Assembly (NCBI GenBank): GCA_029856525.1
Contig: JAHQXC010000037.1
Location: 1 to 12,534 of the forward strand
Direction of reading: 5' to 3'
DNA: 12,534 nucleotides
Source: Candidatus Odinarchaeia archaeon
GTDB lineage: Archaea > Asgardarchaeota > Odinarchaeia > Odinarchaeales > Odinarchaeaceae
The first letter of the stretch is position 1, and each line of letters starts with the position of its first letter. The position numbers and the translations under genes are program-made. Under the pieces are notes generated by a model that saw only the letters and a program-made list of their open reading frames with translations, did no database searches and had not been told where the DNA came from. This document shows positions 7,249-12,534 of this stretch, piece by piece.

Positions 7249-8139
7249 ATGAAAGTTAAACCTGAATGCGCTGTATGCCTTATTAAAAGAGCTGTTCAAG
7301 AGATCGGTTTAGCAGTCGAAGACGAATCTAAGCGGCTAGAAACTGTAAAAGCTATTTTTAGAATGGCATGTGAGAGGTTTAACCCTGATTCTGTTCCAGC
7401 TGTTTTAGGAAGCGAGCGTTATCGATTGATAAGAGAGTTAACAGGTGCAGGTGACTATTATAAGAGTTTAAAAGAGAAGGCGAACGCTCATGCTTTAAGA
7501 ATAGCTGAAAAGTTGAGAGTTGAAATAAACAGTATAGGAGACGTTTATCAGCGTTTCAGGAAGGCGGCTATCGCTTCGATAGCAGGTAACGCTATGGAGT
7601 TCTTCGTTTTAGGAAATGATTTTAAAATAGAGGATATTGACTCAATTTTAGACTCCGCTGAGGGGGAAATGGCAATCGACGATCTGCCTGAACTGTATAA
7701 ATTTATTTTAAAGAAGCCTAGAATCCTTTACCTGGTCGATAATGCAGGTGAAATCGCCTTTGACACGCTTTTAATAGAGCAATTGAATAAGATGGGCTCT
7801 GAGATAACAGTTGCTGTGAAATCATCACCTATTATGAACGATGCGACTGTAGAGGACGCGGCCGCGGTTAATATGGACAGGTATGCTACTCGAATAATAA
7901 CAACAGGGAGCAGCTCAGTCGGATTATTTATCGACGAGTGTTCCCCTGAATTTCTAGCTCACCTGTATAGATCTGAACTGATTATAGCGAAAGGCATGGG
8001 ATATTATGAAACAATCACAGAGCTTAAATTAAATAAACCGTTAGCTATATTTCTCAGAGCTAAATGTAAGCCGGTGGCGGAGAATCTTAGCGTAGCTCAG
8101 CATAAAAATGTCGCTAAATTCTTCAGACATGGAGTGTAA
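7249..8139 (+). CDS. DUF89/ARMT1-like metal-dependent damage-control phosphatase (PH1575-like)
   Basis: N-terminal ECAVC, plus AGN, DNAGEIAFD, KSSPIMNDAT, IIAKGMGYYET and AKC..VA. It starts 12 nt after tpiA with an AAGGTG SD. Confidence 0.9.
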   Translation: MKVKPECAVCLIKRAVQEIGLAVEDESKRLETVKAIFRMACERFNPDSVPAVLGSERYRLIRELTGAGDYYKSLKEKANAHALRIAEKLRVEINSIGDVYQRFRKAAIASIAGNAMEFFVLGNDFKIEDIDSILDSAEGEMAIDDLPELYKFILKKPRILYLVDNAGEIAFDTLLIEQLNKMGSEITVAVKSSPIMNDATVEDAAAVNMDRYATRIITTGSSSVGLFIDECSPEFLAHLYRSELIIAKGMGYYETITELKLNKPLAIFLRAKCKPVAENLSVAQHKNVAKFFRHGV

Positions 8140-8147
8140 TCGCGAAT

Positions 8148-8843
8148 TTATTTTCCAAATAATTTCCTTGCATGCTCCGCTGCTTCAATAAACCCTTTAG
8201 CATAGGTTTCCTTAGTTACATATTTAGCTACTTTTTTAACATGCTCAGGAGCCTGCCCTAACGCTATACCGTAGCCTACCGACTCTAGTAATTGGTAATC
8301 GTTTCCACCATCACCTATTCCTATTATCTCACACAGCTTTATATTCATAAGCTCAGCTGCTTTAGCTAAGCCTACCCCCTTATTAACTTTCGAATCAATT
8401 ATATGTAACGCGAAGCCGCTGTCAACAACGCTGGCTGGTATATTCTCCTCTAAGAGTATTCTATTAGCTTCTTCAACGTTGAAAGTTCTTTTAAGAGATA
8501 AGTCAACTAGCCGATACTTATTCAAAGGTTTAAGAATAACTTTATCACCGAGTTTATCTTTTAAAACCTTATAAGCCCGTTCTGTCACCTCACGTGACCC
8601 GACCATCACAGGGTCACCCCATCTTTTACTTACAACAAGACAGCCGTTTTCCGCGACTAAAGCTCCTGTTGTGCCAATGTACTCGCTTAAAGTCTCCACG
8701 CTACAAAGCCCATGACCTGAAATCAATATAACTGGTATACCGTTGTCTTCGAATTCGCGTATTTTAATAATAGCAGCCGGGTCTATTCTCAGCTTCGAAT
8801 CTGTTATAGTACCGTCTACATCTGTTGCTAGAGCTTTAAACAT
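8148..8843 (-). CDS. HAD-IIB phosphoglycolate phosphatase (TA0175/SPP-like archaeal type)
   Basis: Motif I DVDGT, motif II ISG, AENG, DSGFALHI, motif III NKG and motif IV GDGGND. Confidence 0.92.
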   Translation of the reverse strand: MFKALATDVDGTITDSKLRIDPAAIIKIREFEDNGIPVILISGHGLCSVETLSEYIGTTGALVAENGCLVVSKRWGDPVMVGSREVTERAYKVLKDKLGDKVILKPLNKYRLVDLSLKRTFNVEEANRILLEENIPASVVDSGFALHIIDSKVNKGVGLAKAAELMNIKLCEIIGIGDGGNDYQLLESVGYGIALGQAPEHVKKVAKYVTKETYAKGFIEAAEHARKLFGK

Positions 8844-8943
8844 TCACTCTACCCCTTTATTTTCTCTAACTATCTTTTTAAAGAAAGTTTTTTAAATTAA
8901 TAAAGTTGATACATTTTTAATTCTGGTTGATGAGGCTTAGAAA

Positions 8944-10686
8944 ATGGCTCTTTACGATAAAGTAATGGAGTTAAGTAAGAGAAGAGGATTCCTCTGGCCT
9001 AGTTTTGAGATATACGGTGGAACAAGCGGGTTTATCACATACGGTCCATATGGTGTAATATTGAAACATAATATTGAGAATCTGTGGAGGGATTTCTTCA
9101 TATATAAACAGGAGAATTTCATTGAAATAGAGACGCCTATCATAATGCCTAGCGCTGTTTTTGAAGCTAGCGGCCATCTTGAACACTTCACAGACCCTAT
9201 AATCGCCTGTCTTAAGTGCGAGAAGAGATATAGAGCAGATCATTTAATAGAAGAGTTAACCGGTGTTAACGTTGAAGGATTAAGTATAAGTGAGATGAAT
9301 GAAATCGTTAAAGAGAAAGATTTGAAGTGCCCGGATTGTAAGGGGGCTTTAGGGGAGGTTGAACTATTTAACTTAATGTTTAAAACTAATATAGGCGCTT
9401 ATAAAGGGGATGTAGGTTACGCTAGACCTGAGGCAGCTCAGGGAATGTTTGTAGAATTTAAGCGGATCTTTAATATTATGAGAGAGAAGCTTCCTTTAGG
9501 AATCGCTCAGATAGGTAAAACTCTGAGAAATGAAATATCCCCTCGTAAAGGCGTTACACGCCTCCGTGAATTTACTATAATGGAGGTTGAAGTTATACTA
9601 GACCCTGAGGAAATAAATAATTGCCCTGGATTCGAAAAATATAAAAACACGAGTATCTCTTTGCTAACAGCTTCCCTTCAACAGAAAGGTGAGCCGCCTG
9701 TAAATATAACTATTGAACAAGCTGTTGAAGAGAGGTTACTCGATAATAAATGGCTGGCTTATTTTCTAGCTGTTTCTAAAAGTTTTGTGAAAACACTAGG
9801 AGTGGCTGAAGATAAGATCCGTTTCAGAGAGCAGCTTCCACATGAGAAAGCCCACTACTCGAAGCAGACTATAGACTTACAAGTCTATCTGGATGGACAG
9901 GGCTGGACTGAGATAGCCGGTCACGCTTACAGAACAGACTGGGATTTAAGCCGTCACATTAAATTCAGCGGAGTTGATATGAGAGTTTTTAAGAAAACTG
10001 AAGCACCGTTAACAGTGAAAAAACTAGTATTGAAGCCTAATAAAGCTACTATAGGACCGGATTTTCAAAAAGACGCTGGTAAAATAATAGGGGAATTGAA
10101 TAAAATGGACCCTGTTGAAGTTAAAAATAAACTTGACAGTCAAGGCTTTATTGAAGTAGCCGGTAGGAGATTGACTTCAAAGCATATTGAATTTGAGGAA
10201 TATGAGGAAGTGGTTAAAGGTAAAAAATTTATACCACACGTTATAGAGCCGTCTTACGGCGCTGATCGACTAGTTTACACAGCTCTTGAACACGCTTACA
10301 CTGAGAAAGAGGGGCGTGTTATATTAAAACTCCCCGTTAAATTAGCACCTATACAGGTTATGGTTTATCCTCTAGTTGAGAGGGATGGTCTACCTGAGAT
10401 CTCTAATCAAATTTACATGGAGCTCCTGGAGAAAGGCTTCCGCGTGGAGCATGATGTTTCCGGCAGTATTGGTAGACGCTATGCTAGAGCTGATGAGATA
10501 GGTGTACCTTTAGGCGTGACCGTAGACTATCAGACGCTTGAAGATAAAACTGTAACCGTGCGGGATAGAGATAGCTGGAGTCAACGTCGAATATTTATAA
10601 GTGAATTAGCAGATATACTTAAACAATTCTTCGAAGAAAAAATATCTTTCGATCAAATCGGATACCCTGTTAATAAAATCGAATAA
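8944..10686 (+). CDS. glyS: Glycine--tRNA ligase, alpha2 (archaeal/eukaryotic) type
   Basis: Motifs RRGFLWPSFEIYGG, SGHLEHFTD, RADHL with flanking CxxC pairs, RPEAAQG, RNEISPR..REFT, VIEPSYG.DR, and the anticodon-binding SIGRRYARADEIGVP. Confidence 0.97.
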   Translation: MALYDKVMELSKRRGFLWPSFEIYGGTSGFITYGPYGVILKHNIENLWRDFFIYKQENFIEIETPIIMPSAVFEASGHLEHFTDPIIACLKCEKRYRADHLIEELTGVNVEGLSISEMNEIVKEKDLKCPDCKGALGEVELFNLMFKTNIGAYKGDVGYARPEAAQGMFVEFKRIFNIMREKLPLGIAQIGKTLRNEISPRKGVTRLREFTIMEVEVILDPEEINNCPGFEKYKNTSISLLTASLQQKGEPPVNITIEQAVEERLLDNKWLAYFLAVSKSFVKTLGVAEDKIRFREQLPHEKAHYSKQTIDLQVYLDGQGWTEIAGHAYRTDWDLSRHIKFSGVDMRVFKKTEAPLTVKKLVLKPNKATIGPDFQKDAGKIIGELNKMDPVEVKNKLDSQGFIEVAGRRLTSKHIEFEEYEEVVKGKKFIPHVIEPSYGADRLVYTALEHAYTEKEGRVILKLPVKLAPIQVMVYPLVERDGLPEISNQIYMELLEKGFRVEHDVSGSIGRRYARADEIGVPLGVTVDYQTLEDKTVTVRDRDSWSQRRIFISELADILKQFFEEKISFDQIGYPVNKIE

Positions 10687-10704
10687 TTTTAAAGGTGTTG
10701 AGAA

Positions 10705-10959
10705 ATGGAGAAACGTCTTAGACTTAGACGGGACCCGTCTGTTCCAAAAGGTTACGCGGTTATAAACCCTGATATAGCAAAACTGCTTCAAGTCTCCGAG
10801 GGGAGAACTCTTGAAATAGTTGTAGCTAAAAAGAAATTCTACTTCAAAGTAAAAATCGACTCGAAAGCTGAACCCGGAGTCCATCTTTCAAGCGATGAAA
10901 TGGTTGAAAACGGTTTAATGGATAACACAATCGCCACTATTAGAGAAGCTAAACTCTAA
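10705..10959 (+). CDS. Small standalone double-psi beta-barrel protein (Cdc48/VAT N-domain-like), function unknown
   Basis: 84 aa with an AAGGTG SD, 18 nt after glyS. It has two similar halves (LRRDPSVPKGYAVINPD / VKIDSKAEPGVHLSSD), and VPKGYAVINPDIAKLLQVSEGRTLEI matches the Cdc48-N pattern G.GIA.I.P.....L....GD..EI. Confidence 0.75.
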   Translation: MEKRLRLRRDPSVPKGYAVINPDIAKLLQVSEGRTLEIVVAKKKFYFKVKIDSKAEPGVHLSSDEMVENGLMDNTIATIREAKL

Positions 10960-12280
10960 TAGTCTCCCCGACGGACGGCGAATACGCGCTGACACCTTTT
11001 ATCTGTGAAAGCCTCTCCGCTAGTTTAATCGTCTTAGCCTCCTCGCCGTGAACGCATAAAATTGTATTCTTATTAGTCAACTGTGTGATGAAATTTATCA
11101 ATCCAGGCTGGTCTGCGTGAGCACTGAAGTCTGCGAAGCAGACCTGCGCTTTAACGTCGACGAATTCATCTTGAGGGAGTTTAATCTGCCTAGCACCTTC
11201 TAAAAGCATTCTACCTCTAGTACCCTCAACCTGGTAACCTGTTAAATAAATCATATTATTCTCCGACTCAGCTAAACGCTTAAGATAGTATATCGAGGGA
11301 CCTCCCTCCAGCATACCGGAAGTCGTTATTATAATATTCGGTTCCGGCATATCGCAAACCGAGTCCCTGTCTTTAACTAAATAAAACATATCAGAGTCAA
11401 GCGGGCTCTGTCTCGTATATCTTATTCTCTTCTGTATTTCCGGTTTAAGCCACTCCCAGAAAAGTTTGTAAAGCTCGTTTATTCTTATTATCAAGCCGTC
11501 TATGAAGACGGGTGCAGGTGCTAATTCACCGCTTCTCATATAGTCGTCTATTGTTATCATAACTTCTTGAGCTCTACCCACCGCGAAAACAGGGATTAAA
11601 ACTTTACCTTTATTTTTAATAGTTTTATTTAAATCATTTATAAACTGTCTCTCAGTTTTTTGAATAGAAGGATGTTTATCTTCAGGGCTACCGTACGTGG
11701 ACTCCATTATTATCACATCGCCTCCTTCAGCTTTTAAGTCAGCCATCTCCAGAGTCCGCGTGTGCCTGGTGCTTATATCACCTGTATAAAAGATAGTTTT
11801 ACCACCTATGCTAAGTTTAACCATAGAGGAGCCTATTATATGCCCGGCGTTGTAGAAGGTGACTGTTACATCATTTCTCAATTTATATTTAACTTTATAA
11901 TATGCGTCGAAAGAATTCTTTCTAATCAACATCACATCATTCATATTATAGGGGACAGTTTCACCTGTTTCTTTAGCTATCTTCAAATTATCTGTCGCTA
12001 ATATCTCGGTTATATCCTGGGTTGGAGGTGTACTAATCAGTTTACATCCATACTTGCTTAGAGTAGCTGGAACATAACCGGAGTGATCTAGATGGGCATG
12101 GGTTAAAATTATATAATCAGGTTTGACAGGCGGTTCAAGCGGGTACTTCCCTTCAGCGGATTCACCTAGGTTTACCCCTGAATCGAGTAGGAAATTCCCT
12201 TTTCTAGATGAGACTAGAAAAGCTGATCTGCCTACCTGTTTAGCCCCGCCTAGAAATGTTATCTCAATCTCTTCGCTCAA
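10949..12280 (-). CDS. Metallo-beta-lactamase/beta-CASP ribonuclease, CPSF73-like, lacking KH domains (aCPSF1b/aCPSF2-type)
   Basis: TTG start with GGAGG SD. Motifs FLGGAKQVGRS, THAHLDH, NAGHIIGS, YTGD, MESTYG, PVFAVGRAQE, SGMLEGG, GYQVEGT.G, FSAHAD and VHGE. Confidence 0.93.
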   Translation of the reverse strand: MSEEIEITFLGGAKQVGRSAFLVSSRKGNFLLDSGVNLGESAEGKYPLEPPVKPDYIILTHAHLDHSGYVPATLSKYGCKLISTPPTQDITEILATDNLKIAKETGETVPYNMNDVMLIRKNSFDAYYKVKYKLRNDVTVTFYNAGHIIGSSMVKLSIGGKTIFYTGDISTRHTRTLEMADLKAEGGDVIIMESTYGSPEDKHPSIQKTERQFINDLNKTIKNKGKVLIPVFAVGRAQEVMITIDDYMRSGELAPAPVFIDGLIIRINELYKLFWEWLKPEIQKRIRYTRQSPLDSDMFYLVKDRDSVCDMPEPNIIITTSGMLEGGPSIYYLKRLAESENNMIYLTGYQVEGTRGRMLLEGARQIKLPQDEFVDVKAQVCFADFSAHADQPGLINFITQLTNKNTILCVHGEEAKTIKLAERLSQIKGVSAYSPSVGETIRV

Positions 12281-12426
12281 AAAAATCCTCCGCCTTATTG
12301 ATAGCTACCTTAAATTATAGTGTAAACAATATTTTAAAGATGATTAAAACACAGTGGATAAAAATATATTAGCTGAATAGATCAATAACTATTTTAAACA
12401 ATTTCTATTATTTTTAGAGGAGTATT

Positions 12427-12534
12427 ATGTCCGGTGAAGACCTCGTAACTGTTGAAGCTGATTTAAACCAGTTAACGTCTACTATAATTAACCTACTAGG
12501 TTTAAAAAAAGTAGATGGATTAGCTGATCATATA
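12427..12534 (+). CDS. 5' end of a gene running off the right edge (MSGEDLVTVEADLNQLTSTIINLLGLKK...); possibly alkaline-phosphatase superfamily
   Basis: ATG preceded by GAGGAG, with 36 open codons to the edge. LTSTIINLLGL loosely recalls the 'PTIL.LLG' motif of AlkP/phosphodiesterase proteins, so the product call is weak. Confidence 0.6.
   Translation, partial: MSGEDLVTVEADLNQLTSTIINLLGLKKVDGLADHI

Noticed and set aside
8927-8933. TTGATGA box-C-like motif before glyS
   Set aside because: No downstream CTGA D'/D boxes, and it overlaps the GAGG SD of glyS.
8952-9243. Two short minus-strand ORFs (79 and 90 aa)
   Set aside because: Antisense shadows within glyS.
10606-10884. 92-aa minus-strand ORF
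   Set aside because: Antisense to the glyS end and the DPBB gene, which has a better SD and a recognisable fold pattern.
11039-11053. Reverse complement resembles TTCACGGCG(G)AGG at the start of the 6296 element
   Set aside because: It encodes the conserved VHGEE motif of the beta-CASP nuclease; coincidence.
11762-12320. Two plus-strand ORFs (79 and 65 aa)
   Set aside because: Antisense shadows of the beta-CASP gene.
12501-12510. T TTA AAA / A7 slippery-like site in the right-edge partial gene
   Set aside because: Common in AT-rich DNA (encodes LKK); no stimulatory structure or alternative frame can be assessed at the window edge.

Overview
AT-rich archaeal chromosomal window. Evidence for archaeal origin: BRE/TATA promoters, GGAGG/GGTG ribosome-binding sites, TTG starts, and archaeal-type TIM, FBP aldolase/phosphatase and alpha2 GlyRS. 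The gene style suggests a TACK/Asgard archaeon, possibly Odinarchaeia-like, but this is inference only. Mostly housekeeping and sugar-phosphate genes: a DHDPS/NAL-family aldolase, fbp, tpiA, a DUF89 phosphatase, a HAD phosphatase, glyS and a KH-less beta-CASP nuclease, with partial genes at both ends. The standout is a 1276-aa membrane-anchored subtilase whose post-catalytic region looks collinear with eukaryotic Site-1 protease (MBTPS1/SKI-1), including a GIFT/DUF4350-like domain, and which ends in a cytoplasmic zinc ribbon. Also notable: a standalone 84-aa double-psi beta-barrel (Cdc48-N-like) gene; a ~195-nt structured intergenic element resembling an IS200/IS605 right end or omega-RNA remnant; a possible leaderless uORF coupled to the protease start; and an orphan promoter. 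All family comparisons are from recalled motifs, not database searches.
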